From assembly GCA_028872875.1 (NCBI GenBank), contig JAGWOC010000009.1, positions 1,806 to 65,805 of the forward strand: 64,000 nt of DNA, given 5' to 3'. The translations under genes and the position numbers were made by a program. Under the pieces are notes generated by a model. That model had not been told where the DNA came from. It saw only the letters and a program-made list of their open reading frames with translations, and did not search any database. This document shows, in pieces, positions 40,584-51,835 of this stretch. Source of the stretch: Chloroflexota bacterium (GTDB lineage Bacteria; Chloroflexota; Dehalococcoidia; DSTF01; JACRBR01). The first letter of the stretch is position 1, and each line of letters begins with the position of its first letter.

Positions 40584-41242
40584 TGAAGCTGACGGTACAC
40601 GACGCGGCGGGCAAGGAGGTCGACAGCATCGAGGTCGACGACGCGGTCTTCGGCATCGAGCCGAACGGCCCGGTCGTACACCAGGCGCTGGTGGCGTCGC
40701 TGGCGAACAAGCGCGTCGGGACCGCCTCGACCAAGACGCGCGGGGAAGTCGCCGGTTCGACGAAGAAGATCCGGAAGCAGAAGGGTACGGGCGCGTCCCG
40801 CCAGGGCGGGATCCGGGCGCCGCAGCACCGCCACGGCGGCATCGTCTTCGGTCCGCGCTCGCGCAGCTACGCGAAGGACCTGCCGAAGCGCATGCGCCGG
40901 CTGGCCATTCGTTCGGTGCTGTCGGCGAAGGCGGCGGACGGCTCGCTGCGCATCGTCCGGGAGCTCACGATGCCGTCGCCGAGCACGAAGGCGATGGCCG
41001 GCGTGCTCCGCGCGCTCGGCTTCGAGCGCTCCGTGCTCGTCGTCACCGGCGCGCCGGACCCGAACGTGAAGGCGAGCGCGGGCAACCTTCCGAAGGTGAG
41101 CCTGCTGCCGGCGGCGTACCTGAACGTCGCGGACCTGCTGGCCAGCCAGGGCCTGCTGATGACGGTCGATGCGGTCCGCGGCGCCGAGGCGCTGTGGGGC
41201 GGCGAGCGCGCGAAGAGCCGCGCCGTGAAGGCGGAGGCGTAG
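40583..41242 (+). CDS. rplD: 50S ribosomal protein L4
   Basis: GTASTKTRGEV, KQKGTG, GGIVFGP. Confidence 0.97.
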   Translation: MKLTVHDAAGKEVDSIEVDDAVFGIEPNGPVVHQALVASLANKRVGTASTKTRGEVAGSTKKIRKQKGTGASRQGGIRAPQHRHGGIVFGPRSRSYAKDLPKRMRRLAIRSVLSAKAADGSLRIVRELTMPSPSTKAMAGVLRALGFERSVLVVTGAPDPNVKASAGNLPKVSLLPAAYLNVADLLASQGLLMTVDAVRGAEALWGGERAKSRAVKAEA

Positions 41243-41243
41243 C

Positions 41244-41540
41244 GTGCCAAAGCAACTCCACGCCTACGGCGTCATCCTGCGCCCGCTGATCACCGAGAAG
41301 GCACAGAGCATCACCGGGCTCGGCAAGTACGCCTTCGAGGTCGACCGGCGGGCGAACAAGCTGCAGGTCAAGGAGGCCGTCGAGGCCACGTTCGACGTCA
41401 AGGTGAAGGCGGTCAACACCTGCATGATGAAGGGGAAGGTCCGGCGCTACGGCCGCAACGCGACGAAGCAGCCGGACTGGAAGAAGGCGATCGTGACGCT
41501 CGCACCGGGCGACAAGATCGAGCTCTTCGAGGGCGTGTAG
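41244..41540 (+). CDS. rplW: 50S ribosomal protein L23
   Basis: [14 protein letters not shown]. Confidence 0.97.
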   Translation: MPKQLHAYGVILRPLITEKAQSITGLGKYAFEVDRRANKLQVKEAVEATFDVKVKAVNTCMMKGKVRRYGRNATKQPDWKKAIVTLAPGDKIELFEGV

Positions 41541-41542
41541 CG

Positions 41543-42367
41543 ATGGCGATCAAGCAGTTCAATCCGACTTCGCCCGGCCGCCGCGGCTCGTCCGGCTTCA
41601 CGTTCGACGAGATCACGAAGAAGAAGCCGGAGAAGTCGCTGCTGGCGACGCGCAAGAAGATGGCCGGGCGCAACGCCCAGGGGCGCATCACCGTGCGCCA
41701 CCGGGGTGGGGGGGCCAAGCGCCGCATCCGCCTTGTCGACTTCAAGCGCGACAAGCTGGGCGTGCCCGGGCGCATCGCGGCGATCGAGTACGACCCCGGG
41801 CGCTCGGCGCGCATCGCGCTCGTCGCGTACCGGGACGGCGACAAGCGCTACATCATCGCGCCGGTCGGCCTGAAGGTGGGTGATATGGTGCAGTCCGGCG
41901 GCGACGCGGAGGTGCGCGTTGGCAACACGCTGCCGCTGCAGAACATGCCAAACGGCACCGTCATCCACAACATCGAGCTGACGCCGGGCCGCGGCGGTCA
42001 GATCGTGCGCAGCGCCGGCGCTTCCGCGCAGCTCATGGCGAAGGAAGGCGAGTACACGCTGCTGCGCCTGCCGTCCGGCGAGATGCGGCGCGTGCTCTCG
42101 GTGTGCATGGCGACCGTGGGTCAAGTCGGGAACGTCGAGAACAGTCTCATCAAGCTCGGCAAGGCCGGGCGCAACCGCCACCGCCGCCGCCGCCCGCAGG
42201 TGCGCGGCTCTGTGATGAATCCGGTGGACCACCCGCACGGCGGCGGCGAGGGCAAGGCGCCCATCGGCATGCCCGGCCCGAAGTCGCCCTGGGGCAAGCC
42301 GACGCTTGGCAAGCGCACCCGCGGCCGCAAGCCGTCCGACAAGCTCATCGTGCGGCGGAGGAAGTAA
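41543..42367 (+). CDS. rplB: 50S ribosomal protein L2
   Basis: [30 protein letters not shown]. Confidence 0.98.
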   Translation: MAIKQFNPTSPGRRGSSGFTFDEITKKKPEKSLLATRKKMAGRNAQGRITVRHRGGGAKRRIRLVDFKRDKLGVPGRIAAIEYDPGRSARIALVAYRDGDKRYIIAPVGLKVGDMVQSGGDAEVRVGNTLPLQNMPNGTVIHNIELTPGRGGQIVRSAGASAQLMAKEGEYTLLRLPSGEMRRVLSVCMATVGQVGNVENSLIKLGKAGRNRHRRRRPQVRGSVMNPVDHPHGGGEGKAPIGMPGPKSPWGKPTLGKRTRGRKPSDKLIVRRRK

Positions 42368-42370
42368 GCG

Positions 42371-42685
42371 ATGTCACGTTCGATCAAGAAGGGCCCGTTC
42401 GTCGAGCCCAAGCTCATGAAGAAGGTCGAGACGGTGAAGCGCACGAGCGCCCGCACGGTCATCCGCACATGGTCGCGCGCGTCGACGATCATGCCGGAGA
42501 TGGTCGGGCTCACGATCGGCGTGCACGATGGGCGGCGGCACGTGCCGATCTTCGTCTCGGAGAACATGGTGGGGCACAAGCTCGGCGAGTTCGCGCTCAC
42601 GCGGCACTTCCGCGGCCACACCAGCAAGTCGGAGAAGGCGACGCAGCGGGGCGGACCCGCCGCGGCCCCGGCCGGGAAGTCGTAG
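42371..42685 (+). CDS. rpsS: 30S ribosomal protein S19
   Basis: [22 protein letters not shown]. Confidence 0.98.
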   Translation: MSRSIKKGPFVEPKLMKKVETVKRTSARTVIRTWSRASTIMPEMVGLTIGVHDGRRHVPIFVSENMVGHKLGEFALTRHFRGHTSKSEKATQRGGPAAAPAGKS

Positions 42686-42724
42686 GAGAGAGCGGGCCCG
42701 TACGGTCCTGCCACGAGGGAGAAG

Positions 42725-43057
42725 ATGGAAGTCAGCGCGACGGCGAAGTATCTGCCGGTCTCGGCCCGCAAGGTGCGGCTGGTGCTCGACCAGCTCCCGG
42801 GCAAGCGGGTCGATGAGGCGATCATGATGCTGCGCTTCCTGCCGACGCCACATGCGCGGATCGTCGAGAAGGTGGTGAAGTCCGCCGCGTCGAACGCGGA
42901 AAACAACTACGCGCTGGATATGGAAGCGCTGCGCATCAAGCGCGCCTACGCCGGCGAGGCGCGCACCGTCAAGCGGTTCAGGGCGAAGGCCCGGGGCCGC
43001 GTCGGCCCGATACTCCACCGCACGAGTCACGTGACGGTGGTCGTGGAGGAACAGTAG
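42725..43057 (+). CDS. rplV: 50S ribosomal protein L22
   Basis: SARKVRLV, SAASNAENN, RTSHVTV. Confidence 0.96.
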   Translation: MEVSATAKYLPVSARKVRLVLDQLPGKRVDEAIMMLRFLPTPHARIVEKVVKSAASNAENNYALDMEALRIKRAYAGEARTVKRFRAKARGRVGPILHRTSHVTVVVEEQ

Positions 43058-43770
43058 TGGGTCACAAAGTACATCCGACGGGGTTCCGGGTCGGCGTCAT
43101 CTACGACTGGCAGAGCAAGTGGTACGCGGACAAGAACTACAAGTCCCAGCTCCACGAGGACATCGCCATTCGCAAGCGGATCATGGAAGGCCGCAACATC
43201 GATGCCGGCATCTCGCGGGTGGAGATCGACCGCAACGCGAACCAGCTCAACGTGACGATCAGCACGGCGAAGCCGGGCATCGTCATCGGCCGCAGCGGCG
43301 CCAACGTCGACCAGCTCCGCAACGAGCTGGAGAAGACGACCGGGCGGCGCGTGCGGGTGAACATCAACGAGATCCGCACACCGGAGCTTGACGCGTACCT
43401 GGTCGCAAGGAGCATCGCCGAGCAGCTCCAGCGCCGGGTCGCCTTCCGGCGGGCGATCAAGCAGACCGTCGCGCGGACGATGGCGCGCGGCGCCAAGGGG
43501 ATCAAGGTGGTGGTCGGCGGCCGCCTCGGCGGATCCGAGATGTCGCGCCGCGAGTCGGAGAAGCAGGGCCAGATCCCGCTCCACACGCTGCGGGCGGACA
43601 TCGACTTCGGCATCGCCGAGGCGCACACGACGTTCGGGCGCATCGGCGTGAAGGTCTGGATCTACAAGGGCGAGATCATGCCCGAGCCCAAGAAGCGGCA
43701 GCCGGAAGCCACCGCCGCGGAGCCGGTGGCCGCGGTCGATGCCGCGCCGGCCGTGGTGGCGAGCGAGTAA
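43057..43770 (+). CDS. rpsC: 30S ribosomal protein S3
   Basis: GHKVHPTGFR, KPGIVIGR, PLHTLRADID, IGVKVW. Confidence 0.98.
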   Translation: MGHKVHPTGFRVGVIYDWQSKWYADKNYKSQLHEDIAIRKRIMEGRNIDAGISRVEIDRNANQLNVTISTAKPGIVIGRSGANVDQLRNELEKTTGRRVRVNINEIRTPELDAYLVARSIAEQLQRRVAFRRAIKQTVARTMARGAKGIKVVVGGRLGGSEMSRRESEKQGQIPLHTLRADIDFGIAEAHTTFGRIGVKVWIYKGEIMPEPKKRQPEATAAEPVAAVDAAPAVVASE

Positions 43771-43776
43771 CGAGCG

Positions 43777-44196
43777 ATGCTGCAACCCAAGCGACAGAAG
43801 TTCAGAAAACAGCACCGCGGCCACCGCCGCGGCCAGGCGAACAGCGGCAACGAGGTGAGCTTCGGCGAGTTCGGCCTCCAGGCCGTGGGCGCGGCCTGGA
43901 TCGACAGCCGCCAGATCGAGGCCGCGCGCCGCGCGATCACGCACGAGTTGAAGCGCGGCGGCAAGGTCTGGATCCGGATCTTCCCGGACAAGCCTGTGAC
44001 CGCGAAGCCGGCCGAGACGCGCATGGGCAGCGGCAAGGGCGCGCCCGACCACTTCGTCGCCGTCGTCAAGCCCGGGCGCATGCTGTTCGAGGTGGCCGGT
44101 GTGAAGGAAGACCTGGCGCGCGAGGCGCTGCGCCTGGCCGCCCACAAGCTCTCCGTCGAGACGCGCATGGTCGCGAAGGAGCACGAGGGGATCTGA
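43777..44196 (+). CDS. rplP: 50S ribosomal protein L16
   Basis: [26 protein letters not shown]. Confidence 0.98.
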   Translation: MLQPKRQKFRKQHRGHRRGQANSGNEVSFGEFGLQAVGAAWIDSRQIEAARRAITHELKRGGKVWIRIFPDKPVTAKPAETRMGSGKGAPDHFVAVVKPGRMLFEVAGVKEDLAREALRLAAHKLSVETRMVAKEHEGI

Positions 44197-44441
44197 TGGC
44201 GGGACGCAAGAAGAAGGAGCGCGCCGAAGGGCTGCGCGGCATGACCGACGAGGCGCTCGACAAGGAGCTGACCGAGACGTACCGCCGCCTGTTCAGCGTC
44301 CGGCTGGGCCTGACCACCCGCCAGCAGACGAACACGTCGGAGCGGGCGAAGATCACGCGCCAGATCGCCCGCATCCGCACGATCCAGCGCGAGCGCCAAC
44401 TGGCGGCGGCGTACGCCGAGCACCTCGGCAGGGGAAGGTAA
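44196..44441 (+). CDS. rpmC: 50S ribosomal protein L29
   Basis: Position; LRGMTDEAL...RQIARIRT. Confidence 0.9.
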   Translation: MAGRKKKERAEGLRGMTDEALDKELTETYRRLFSVRLGLTTRQQTNTSERAKITRQIARIRTIQRERQLAAAYAEHLGRGR

Positions 44442-44444
44442 CAG

Positions 44445-44864
44445 ATGGCATCGCTGGAGAAGCTGCAGGTCGGCACGGTGGTGAGCAACAAGATGGACAA
44501 GACGGTCGTCGTACGCATCGACCGCTACAAGCGGCACCGCCTCTACGGGAAGACGCTGCGCGAGACGCGGCGCTACAAGGCGCACGACGAGAAGAACGAG
44601 TGCCACCTGGGCGATATCGTGCGCATCTCCGAGACGCGGCCGCTCTCGCGCGAGAAGCGCTGGCGCGTCGTCGAGATCATCACCAGGGGCGACGTCGCCG
44701 AGGTGGCGCCGCGCGAGATTGGCGCGCACATCATCGAAGAGACGCGCGCCGCTGCGGATGCCGAATCGGCCGCGCGCGCTGCCGTCCCGGCGGAAGTCCC
44801 CGCCGGGCCGGGCGGAGCGGACGATGCCGTGCCGGGCGAGGACGCCGGGGAGGACGGCGCGTGA
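44445..44864 (+). CDS. rpsQ: 30S ribosomal protein S17 with acidic C-terminal extension
   Basis: [24 protein letters not shown]. Confidence 0.97.
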   Translation: MASLEKLQVGTVVSNKMDKTVVVRIDRYKRHRLYGKTLRETRRYKAHDEKNECHLGDIVRISETRPLSREKRWRVVEIITRGDVAEVAPREIGAHIIEETRAAADAESAARAAVPAEVPAGPGGADDAVPGEDAGEDGA

Positions 44865-45229
44865 TCCAGCAGTACTCGCGGCTCAAGGTCGCCGACAACT
44901 CTGGCGCGCGATCGCTGATGTGCATCACGGTGCTCGGCGGGTCGGGGCGCCGCTACGCGCGCGTCGGCGACATCATCGTCGCCTCGGTGAAGGCGGCGCA
45001 GCCCGGCGCGGGCGTGAAGAAGGGCGATGTGGTGAAGGCGGTGGTCGTGCGGACCGCCAAGGCCTACGGCCGCCCGGATGGCTCGTTCATCCGCTTCGAC
45101 GAGAACGCGGCCGTCGTCCTGTCGGACAAGCAGAATCCCAAGGGCACGCGCATCTTCGGCCCGGTCGCGCGTGAGCTGCGCGAGCGCAACTTCACGAAGA
45201 TCGTCTCGCTCGCGCCGGAGGTGGTGTAG
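44861..45229 (+). CDS. rplN: 50S ribosomal protein L14
   Basis: [29 protein letters not shown]. Confidence 0.98.
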   Translation: MIQQYSRLKVADNSGARSLMCITVLGGSGRRYARVGDIIVASVKAAQPGAGVKKGDVVKAVVVRTAKAYGRPDGSFIRFDENAAVVLSDKQNPKGTRIFGPVARELRERNFTKIVSLAPEVV

Positions 45230-45231
45230 CG

Positions 45232-45585
45232 ATGCGCAAGGTGAAGCGCGACGACAACGTGCTGATCATCGCCGGCAAGGACCGCGGCAAGACGGGCATC
45301 GTGCGGCAGGTGATCGGCGGCGGCGACCTGGTGAAGGTGAAGGGACACCGTCCGAAGGTGACGGAGGACAAGGTGTTCGTCACCGGCATCAACATTTCGA
45401 AGCGTCACAAGACACAGCAGCCGGGCGTCGCGCAGGCGGGCATCATCGACAAGGAGATGCCGCTGCCGCTGTCCAAGGTGATGGTGATCTGCAAGAGCTG
45501 CGGCAAGCCGGTGCGCGTGGGCTTCATCGTCCGCGCGAACGAGAAGCACCGGGTGTGCCGCAACTGCGGCGAGGACATCGACTAA
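45232..45585 (+). CDS. rplX: 50S ribosomal protein L24 (Zn-ribbon type)
   Basis: [10 protein letters not shown]; CKSC and CRNC. Confidence 0.95.
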   Translation: MRKVKRDDNVLIIAGKDRGKTGIVRQVIGGGDLVKVKGHRPKVTEDKVFVTGINISKRHKTQQPGVAQAGIIDKEMPLPLSKVMVICKSCGKPVRVGFIVRANEKHRVCRNCGEDID

Positions 45586-46136
45586 TGGCGCCGAGACTGA
45601 AGGAACGCTACCAGAGGGAGATCCTGCCGGAGCTGATGCGTGAGTTCCGCTATGGCAACGTCATGCAGGTCCCGCGCGTCGAGAAGGTGACCCTGAACAT
45701 CGGTCTCGGCGAGGCGCGCGAGAACGCGCGCGCGGTCGATTCGGCGACGGCGGACCTGGCGACCATCACGGGCCAGCGGCCGGTCGTCACGAAGGCGAAG
45801 CGCGCGATCGCGAACTTCAAGATCCGCGAGAACATGACGATCGGCGCGGCCGTGACCCTGCGCGGCGACCGCATGTACGAGTTCCTGGACCGGATGCTCA
45901 ACGCCGCGCTGCCGCGGATCCGCGACTTCCACGGCGTCTCGACGAAGGCCTTCGATGGCAGGGGGAACTTCAGCCTCGGCGTGCGGGAACAGCTCATCTT
46001 CCCGGAGATTGACTACGACAAGGTCGACCGTATTCGCGGCATGCAGGTGAACATCGTGACGACAGCGAAGACGGACGAAGAAGGCAGGCGGCTGCTCGAG
46101 CTGATGGGCATGCCGTTCGCGAAGGAGCGGGCGTAG
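45585..46136 (+). CDS. rplE: 50S ribosomal protein L5
   Basis: [31 protein letters not shown]. Confidence 0.98.
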   Translation: MAPRLKERYQREILPELMREFRYGNVMQVPRVEKVTLNIGLGEARENARAVDSATADLATITGQRPVVTKAKRAIANFKIRENMTIGAAVTLRGDRMYEFLDRMLNAALPRIRDFHGVSTKAFDGRGNFSLGVREQLIFPEIDYDKVDRIRGMQVNIVTTAKTDEEGRRLLELMGMPFAKERA

Positions 46137-46138
46137 CC

Positions 46139-46324
46139 ATGGCGAAGACATCGATGATCGTCAGGGCGAACCGCGAGCCCAAGTACTCGACGCGGGCGAA
46201 GAACCGCTGCAAGCTCTGCGGCCGCTCGCGGGCCTACATGCGGCACTTCGCGCTGTGCCGCATCTGTTTCCGGCAGCTCGCCCTCAAGGGGCAGCTCCCC
46301 GGCGTGAAGAAGTCAAGCTGGTAA
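46139..46324 (+). CDS. rpsZ: 30S ribosomal protein S14 type Z
   Basis: [22 protein letters not shown]. Confidence 0.97.
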   Translation: MAKTSMIVRANREPKYSTRAKNRCKLCGRSRAYMRHFALCRICFRQLALKGQLPGVKKSSW

Positions 46325-46400
46325 GGCAGCGGGTCGCCCTGACGGCCCGTCCCGAAGCTCGCCGAGGGCGAGAGCACGGGAGAACGAGGAGGCGGATGCC

Positions 46401-46799
46401 TTGAACATGACGGACCCGATCGCGGACATGCTGACGCGGATCCGCAACGCTGTGACCGCCAAGCACGAGTACGTGAACATCCCCGCTTCCAAGATGAAGC
46501 TGGCGATCGCCGACGTGCTCCGCACGGAGGGGTTCATCCGCGGCTACGAGCTGCAGGACGAGGCGAACAAGAAGCTGATGCGCGTGCACCTCAACTACAC
46601 CGGCAAGAAGGAGCCGGTGCTGAGCGGGCTGCAGCGCGTGAGCAAGCCGGGCCTGCGGGTGTACGTGCAGAAACGCGAGATCCCGCGCGTCTACGGCGGC
46701 CTCGGCATCGCGATCCTCTCGACGCCGCAGGGGATCATGACGGGCCAGGACGCATGGCGCCGGAGCATCGGCGGCGAAGTCATCTGTTACGTGTGGTAG
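46401..46799 (+). CDS. rpsH: 30S ribosomal protein S8
   Basis: [30 protein letters not shown]. Confidence 0.98.
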   Translation: MNMTDPIADMLTRIRNAVTAKHEYVNIPASKMKLAIADVLRTEGFIRGYELQDEANKKLMRVHLNYTGKKEPVLSGLQRVSKPGLRVYVQKREIPRVYGGLGIAILSTPQGIMTGQDAWRRSIGGEVICYVW

Positions 46800-46803
46800 G
46801 GCG

Positions 46804-47349
46804 ATGTCACGAATAGGCAAGCTACCGGTACCAATCGCCAAGGGCGTGCAGCTCGATATCGACGGCTCGACCGTGAAGGTCAAGGGGCCGAAGGGCGAGC
46901 TGGTCCGCGAGTTCCCGCGGGAGATGTCGTTCGAGGTCGCGGACGGCAAGGTCACGGTCGTGCGTTCGAGCGACGAGAAGCAGGTGCGCGCGCTGCACGG
47001 CCTCTCGCGGTCGCTGCTCGCCAATATGGTGACCGGCGTGTCGGAGGGGTTCACCAGGACGCTCGAGCTGCAGGGCGTGGGCTACCGCGCGCAGCAGGCG
47101 GGGCAGAAGGTTACCCTGTCGGTCGGCTACTCGCACCCGGTCGAAGTGGTGCCGCCGCCCGGCATCGAGCTGGCGGTCGAAGGCACGACGCGCGTGCACG
47201 TGCGCGGCATCGACAAGGAGCTGGTGGGCCAGATCGCGGCGAACATCCGCAAGGTGCGCAAGCCGGAGCCGTACAAGGGCAAGGGCATCCGCTACCTCGG
47301 CGAGTATGTGCGCAGGAAGGCCGGTAAGGCCGGCAAGGCAGGCAAGTGA
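46804..47349 (+). CDS. rplF: 50S ribosomal protein L6
   Basis: [25 protein letters not shown]. Confidence 0.98.
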   Translation: MSRIGKLPVPIAKGVQLDIDGSTVKVKGPKGELVREFPREMSFEVADGKVTVVRSSDEKQVRALHGLSRSLLANMVTGVSEGFTRTLELQGVGYRAQQAGQKVTLSVGYSHPVEVVPPPGIELAVEGTTRVHVRGIDKELVGQIAANIRKVRKPEPYKGKGIRYLGEYVRRKAGKAGKAGK

Positions 47350-47711
47350 TGAAGAGCACCAGGACGTCGCGCGCGGCGCGCATCCGCCGGCACGAGCGCG
47401 TGCGCAAGACGGTCGGGGGTACGGCGGAGCGGCCGCGGCTCGCCGTGTACCGGAGCCTCACGCACATCTACGCGCAGGTCATCGACGACGCGCGGGGGCA
47501 CACGCTGGCGGCCGCTTCGGACGCCGAAGCGGCGCTCAAGGACGCCAAGGGATCGAAGACGGAGCGCGCGAAGGCCGTGGGCGCGGCGCTGGCGCAGAAG
47601 GCGATGGCGGCGGGGGTCACGAAGGTCGTGTTCGACCGCGGCGGCAACCGCTACCACGGGCGTGTCCGGGCGCTCGCCGAGGCAGCGCGCGAGTCCGGGC
47701 TGCAGTTCTAG
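47349..47711 (+). CDS. rplR: 50S ribosomal protein L18
   Basis: [25 protein letters not shown]. Confidence 0.97.
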   Translation: MKSTRTSRAARIRRHERVRKTVGGTAERPRLAVYRSLTHIYAQVIDDARGHTLAAASDAEAALKDAKGSKTERAKAVGAALAQKAMAAGVTKVVFDRGGNRYHGRVRALAEAARESGLQF

Positions 47712-47732
47712 GCGCGGAGAGTTGGAGACCAC

Positions 47733-48269
47733 ATGGTAACACCGAGGACACGCAGGGGCGACGGCCGCGGCGACGGCCGCGACGGGGACATGCAGGAGAA
47801 GGTCGTCTTCATCAACCGCGTCTCCAAAGTGGTGAAGGGCGGCCGCCGGTTCAGCTTCAGCGCGGTGGTCGTGGTCGGCGACGGGCAGGGTCGCGTCGGC
47901 GCCGGGATGGGCAAGGCGAATGAAGTCCCCGAGGCCATCCGAAAGGGTTCGGCCATCGCCCGCAAGCACCTGATCGCCGTGCCGATGGACAAGACGACGA
48001 TCGCGCACCCGATCGTTGCCCGCTATGGCGCCGCGAAGGTGATGATGAAACCCGCCTCCGCTGGGACCGGCGTGATCGCCGGCGGCGGTGTGCGCGCCGT
48101 GATGGAGGCCGCCGGCATCAAGGACGTGCTGACGAAGTCGCTCGGCTCGTCGAATGTCATCAACGTGGTGAAGGCCACGATCCAGGGGCTGTCTGAACTG
48201 CGCGACCCGAAGAAGGAGATCGCGCGCCGCCGCGCCGCCGCGAATCGCGCGCAGCAGGCAGGAGCGTAG
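47733..48269 (+). CDS. rpsE: 30S ribosomal protein S5
   Basis: [29 protein letters not shown]. Confidence 0.98.
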   Translation: MVTPRTRRGDGRGDGRDGDMQEKVVFINRVSKVVKGGRRFSFSAVVVVGDGQGRVGAGMGKANEVPEAIRKGSAIARKHLIAVPMDKTTIAHPIVARYGAAKVMMKPASAGTGVIAGGGVRAVMEAAGIKDVLTKSLGSSNVINVVKATIQGLSELRDPKKEIARRRAAANRAQQAGA

Positions 48270-48274
48270 GACGA

Positions 48275-48454
48275 ATGGGAACGATCAAGGTCACCTGGGA
48301 ACGCAGCGCGATCAACCAGCGCGAGGACCAGAAGCGGACGATCCGCGCGCTGGGCCTGCGCCGGCTGGGCCAGACCGTCGAGCACGAGGACAACCGGACG
48401 GTCCGCGGCATGATCCTCAAGGTGCGCCACCTGGTGGCCGTGGAGGAGGCGTAG
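48275..48454 (+). CDS. rpmD: 50S ribosomal protein L30 (not in ORF track)
   Basis: MGTIKVTWERSAINQREDQKRTIRALGLRRLGQTVEHEDNRTVRGMILKVRHLVAVEEA*. Confidence 0.95.
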   Translation: MGTIKVTWERSAINQREDQKRTIRALGLRRLGQTVEHEDNRTVRGMILKVRHLVAVEEA

Positions 48455-49027
48455 ATGCGGCAACATGAGCTGCGCCAGCCTGCCGGCGCCACGCACAAGC
48501 GCAAGCGCGTCGGCCGCGGCAACGCGAGCGGCCACGGCACGTACTCCGGCAAGGGGCTGAAGGGGCAGAAGGCCCGCGCCGGCGGCGGTGTGCGCCCCGG
48601 CTTCGAAGGCGGTCAGCTTCCGCTGATCCGCCGCATGGCCCGCAAGCGGGGCTTCCGCAACCCCTTCCGCATCGACTACGAGGAGGTCAACGTGGGCGCG
48701 CTGGGCCAGCGCTTCCCGGCTGGCAGCGCGGTGGACGCGCAGGCGCTGCGGGCCGCGCGTCTGATCCGCAGCGCGCGCCGGCCCGTAAAGGTGCTCGGGG
48801 ACGGCGAGCTGTCCGTCGCGCTGACCGTCGAAGCGGTACGCTTCACGAAGCCTGCGGTGGCGAAGATCGAGGCGGCGGGCGGCAGCGTCCGCTGGCTCAA
48901 CGGCGAGCCCCGCCGTGCGGAGCCAGAGGCCGCGGCGCCGGCGGCGACGCCTCGGCGCGCGCGGACGGCGAAGACGGAGACGGTAGAGGCCGCGGGATCC
49001 CCGCCGGCAGGGGAGGAAGAGGCGTAG
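48455..49027 (+). CDS. rplO: 50S ribosomal protein L15 with C-terminal extension
   Basis: RVGRG, GFEGGQLPL, VKVLGDG, KIEAAGG. Confidence 0.97.
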   Translation: MRQHELRQPAGATHKRKRVGRGNASGHGTYSGKGLKGQKARAGGGVRPGFEGGQLPLIRRMARKRGFRNPFRIDYEEVNVGALGQRFPAGSAVDAQALRAARLIRSARRPVKVLGDGELSVALTVEAVRFTKPAVAKIEAAGGSVRWLNGEPRRAEPEAAAPAATPRRARTAKTETVEAAGSPPAGEEEA

Positions 49028-50404
49028 ATGGCTCTGGCAGCGAGCCGGCAGCAAGCGGCATCGCGTCCGCGCCTGCTTCAGGCGCTGATCGACGCGCTGC
49101 ACCAGGAGGACGTCCGCAAGAAGCTCCTCTTCACGGGCGCGCTGCTCGTCGTCTTCCGTTTCGTCGCGCACATCCCGATCCCGGACGTCGACCCGCGGCA
49201 GATCCAGTCGGCGTTTAACCAGAGCCAGGTGCTGGGGCTCTTCAACCTGTTCAGCGGCGGTGCCCTGAGGCGAATCAGCATCGCCGCGCTTGGCGTCTAC
49301 CCGTACATCACCGCCACGATCATCATGCAGCTCATCACGCCGCTGTTCCCCTCGCTGCAGAACCTGCAGAAGGAAGGCGAGCAGGGTCGCCACCGCCTCG
49401 AGCTGTACCAGTACTGGATGTCGGTGCCGCTCTGCTTCGTGCAGGGCTACGCGCAGCTCGTGATCCTCCACCGGCTGGCGCAAGGCACGACGGCGTTCCA
49501 CTTCTCGCCCGGCTTCACCGGCAACAGCGCGCTGCCCACCGTGACCGCGCTGTTCGCGCTCACGGCGGGCACGATGTTCCTGGTCTGGCTCGGCGACCTG
49601 ATCACGGAGAACGGCATCGGCAACGGCATCTCGCTGATCATCTTCGGCGGCATCGTCGCCGGCATGCCGGGCCTGCTCGTGCAGGTGAAGAACTCCTCGA
49701 TCGGCATCTTCGGCCTCCTCCTCGTCGCCATCGTCGCGGTCGCCCTCGTGGCATCGATGGTGTGGATGCAGGAGGCGGTGCGCAAGATCCCGGTGCAGTA
49801 CGCGAAGAGCGTCTTCCGGGCCGGCAAGATGTACCGCCAGTCCGGGCAGAGCCATATCCCGCTGCGCGTGAACTCGGCCGGCATGATCCCGCTGATCTTC
49901 GCGTTCTCGATCGTCATCCTGCCCTCGCTCGGGGCGCAGTACTTCCAGACGTCGGGCACGGCCTGGGTCCGCGCCATCGCGAACTTCATGAACAACACGT
50001 TCTCGCCCGGCTCCACGGGCGGGCGGACGAACGCCAGCATCGGCTTCTACTTCGCGATCTTCCTGCTGGTGGTCGTCTTCAGCTTCTTCTACACGCTCGT
50101 GGTCTTCCAGCAGCAGAACCTGGCGGAGAACCTGCAGAAGCAGGGCGGCTTCGTCCCGGGGATCCGGCCGGGGCGCCCCACGGGCGAGTACATCATGCGC
50201 GTGCTCGTGCGCATCACGTGGGCCGGCGCGATCTTCCTCGGTGTCGTCGCCGTGATCCCGTATCTGGCCACCAACTGGTTCGGCATCACGTCGCTCCAGA
50301 TCAGCAGCACCGGCCTGCTGATCGTCGTCGGCGTCGTCATCGATACGATGAAGCAGCTCGAAGCGCAGCTCCTCATGCGCAACTACGAAGGGTTCATACG
50401 CTAG
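49028..50404 (+). CDS. secY: Preprotein translocase SecY
   Basis: ALGVYPYITA.IIMQL, GIGNGISLIIF, AGMIPLIFA, PGIRPG. Confidence 0.98.
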   Translation: MALAASRQQAASRPRLLQALIDALHQEDVRKKLLFTGALLVVFRFVAHIPIPDVDPRQIQSAFNQSQVLGLFNLFSGGALRRISIAALGVYPYITATIIMQLITPLFPSLQNLQKEGEQGRHRLELYQYWMSVPLCFVQGYAQLVILHRLAQGTTAFHFSPGFTGNSALPTVTALFALTAGTMFLVWLGDLITENGIGNGISLIIFGGIVAGMPGLLVQVKNSSIGIFGLLLVAIVAVALVASMVWMQEAVRKIPVQYAKSVFRAGKMYRQSGQSHIPLRVNSAGMIPLIFAFSIVILPSLGAQYFQTSGTAWVRAIANFMNNTFSPGSTGGRTNASIGFYFAIFLLVVVFSFFYTLVVFQQQNLAENLQKQGGFVPGIRPGRPTGEYIMRVLVRITWAGAIFLGVVAVIPYLATNWFGITSLQISSTGLLIVVGVVIDTMKQLEAQLLMRNYEGFIR

Positions 50405-50986
50405 GTGTACGTCATCTTCTTCGGGCCCCCGGGAGTCGGCAAGGGTACGCAGGCGGCGATCGTCGCCGAGCGCACGGGCTGGGCGCACATCTCGACCGGC
50501 GACATGCTGCGCGCGCACGTCAGGGAGGGCACGGATCTCGGGCGCAAGGCGAAGGCGTTCATGGATCAGGGTCTGCTGGTGCCCGACGACCTCGTGATCG
50601 ACATGTTCATGGCGCGCCTCGCGGAGATTGGCGACCGGGGCTTCGTGCTCGATGGCTTTCCGCGCACGCTGGCCCAGGCACGGGCGCTCGACGCGGCGCT
50701 GGCGCGCGACGGCGGCGCCATCGACCTCGCCGTCAACATCACCGCGCCCGACAGCGTGCTCGTGGAGCGGATGATGGGCCGCGCGGCGGAGTCCGGCCGT
50801 GCCGATGACACGCCCGAGGCGATCCGCGTCCGGCTCGAGGTGCAGAAGCCGGCGGCGGAGCTGCTCGACCACTATCGCCGCGCCGGCAAGCTCAAGGACA
50901 TCGACGGGTGCCCGGCCGTGGCGCAGGTAACCGAGGCGATCCTGGAAGCGCTGGGCGTCGGCGTCAGCCCGCAGGGGCCGCGGTAG
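50405..50986 (+). CDS. adk: Adenylate kinase (short-LID type)
   Basis: GPPGVGKGTQA, HISTGDMLR, LDGFPRT, RADD. Confidence 0.95.
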   Translation: MYVIFFGPPGVGKGTQAAIVAERTGWAHISTGDMLRAHVREGTDLGRKAKAFMDQGLLVPDDLVIDMFMARLAEIGDRGFVLDGFPRTLAQARALDAALARDGGAIDLAVNITAPDSVLVERMMGRAAESGRADDTPEAIRVRLEVQKPAAELLDHYRRAGKLKDIDGCPAVAQVTEAILEALGVGVSPQGPR

Positions 50987-50998
50987 GGCGGAGCCGAG

Positions 50999-51748
50999 AT
51001 GCCCATCATCATCAAGTCCGACGAGGAGATCGCCATCATGCGCCATGCCGGAAGCGTCGTCGCGCAGACGCTGCGGCGCCTCGTCCTGGAGCTGCGGCCG
51101 GGGCTGGTCGTGAAGGAGCTGGACAAGATCGTCCGCAGAGAGTTCGAGAAGCACAAGGTGATTCCGACCTTCCTTGGCTACCACGGCTATCCGGCGACGG
51201 TCTGTGTCTCCGTGAACGACGAGATCGTGCACGGGATCCCCGGGAGGCGCGTGATCGAGGACGGCGACGTGGTCAGCCTGGACCTCGGCTGCACGTACGA
51301 GGGATTCGTGGCGGACTCGGCGCTGACCGTCATCGTGGGGGCGCCGAAGCCGGGAACGGAGCGGCTGGTTGACGTAACGCGCGAGTCGCTCGACGAGGGC
51401 ATCCGGCAGGCACGGCCTGGCAACCGCCTGGGTGCAATCTCGCACGCCATCCAGACGTACGTCGAGTCGCGGGGCTTCGGCGTCGTGCGCGAATACGTCG
51501 GCCACGGCGTGGGCCGGCAGATGCACGAGGAGCCGCAGGTGCCGAACTACGGGCCGCCGGACCGCGGCCCGCTCCTGAAGAAGGGGATGGTGCTCGCGCT
51601 CGAGCCCATGGTGACGATGGGCGACTGGCGGACGCGCCAGATGGAGGACAACTGGACCGTCAAGACTGTTGATGGCAGCCTGGCGGCCCACTTCGAGCAC
51701 ACGATCGCGATTACCGACGGCGAGCCGCGCGTGCTGACCGTCCCATAG
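50999..51748 (+). CDS. map: Methionine aminopeptidase type I
   Basis: SVNDEIVHGIP, GHGVG..MHEEP, ALEPM, AHFEHT. Confidence 0.97.
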   Translation: MPIIIKSDEEIAIMRHAGSVVAQTLRRLVLELRPGLVVKELDKIVRREFEKHKVIPTFLGYHGYPATVCVSVNDEIVHGIPGRRVIEDGDVVSLDLGCTYEGFVADSALTVIVGAPKPGTERLVDVTRESLDEGIRQARPGNRLGAISHAIQTYVESRGFGVVREYVGHGVGRQMHEEPQVPNYGPPDRGPLLKKGMVLALEPMVTMGDWRTRQMEDNWTVKTVDGSLAAHFEHTIAITDGEPRVLTVP

Positions 51749-51835
51749 GGAGGCAGATAAAAGGTTTCGTTCGCGGAACGGGGAGCGGATTCAGTATACT
51801 GATAGCCTTGAGATCGAGGATCTCGTTAGGGGACA

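Noticed and set aside
48023-51700. 1225-aa ORF on the minus strand (and many similar long antisense ORFs, e.g. 16569-18509, 37403-39244)
   Set aside because: Shadow ORFs opposite well-conserved genes, expected in GC-rich DNA; no recognisable motifs
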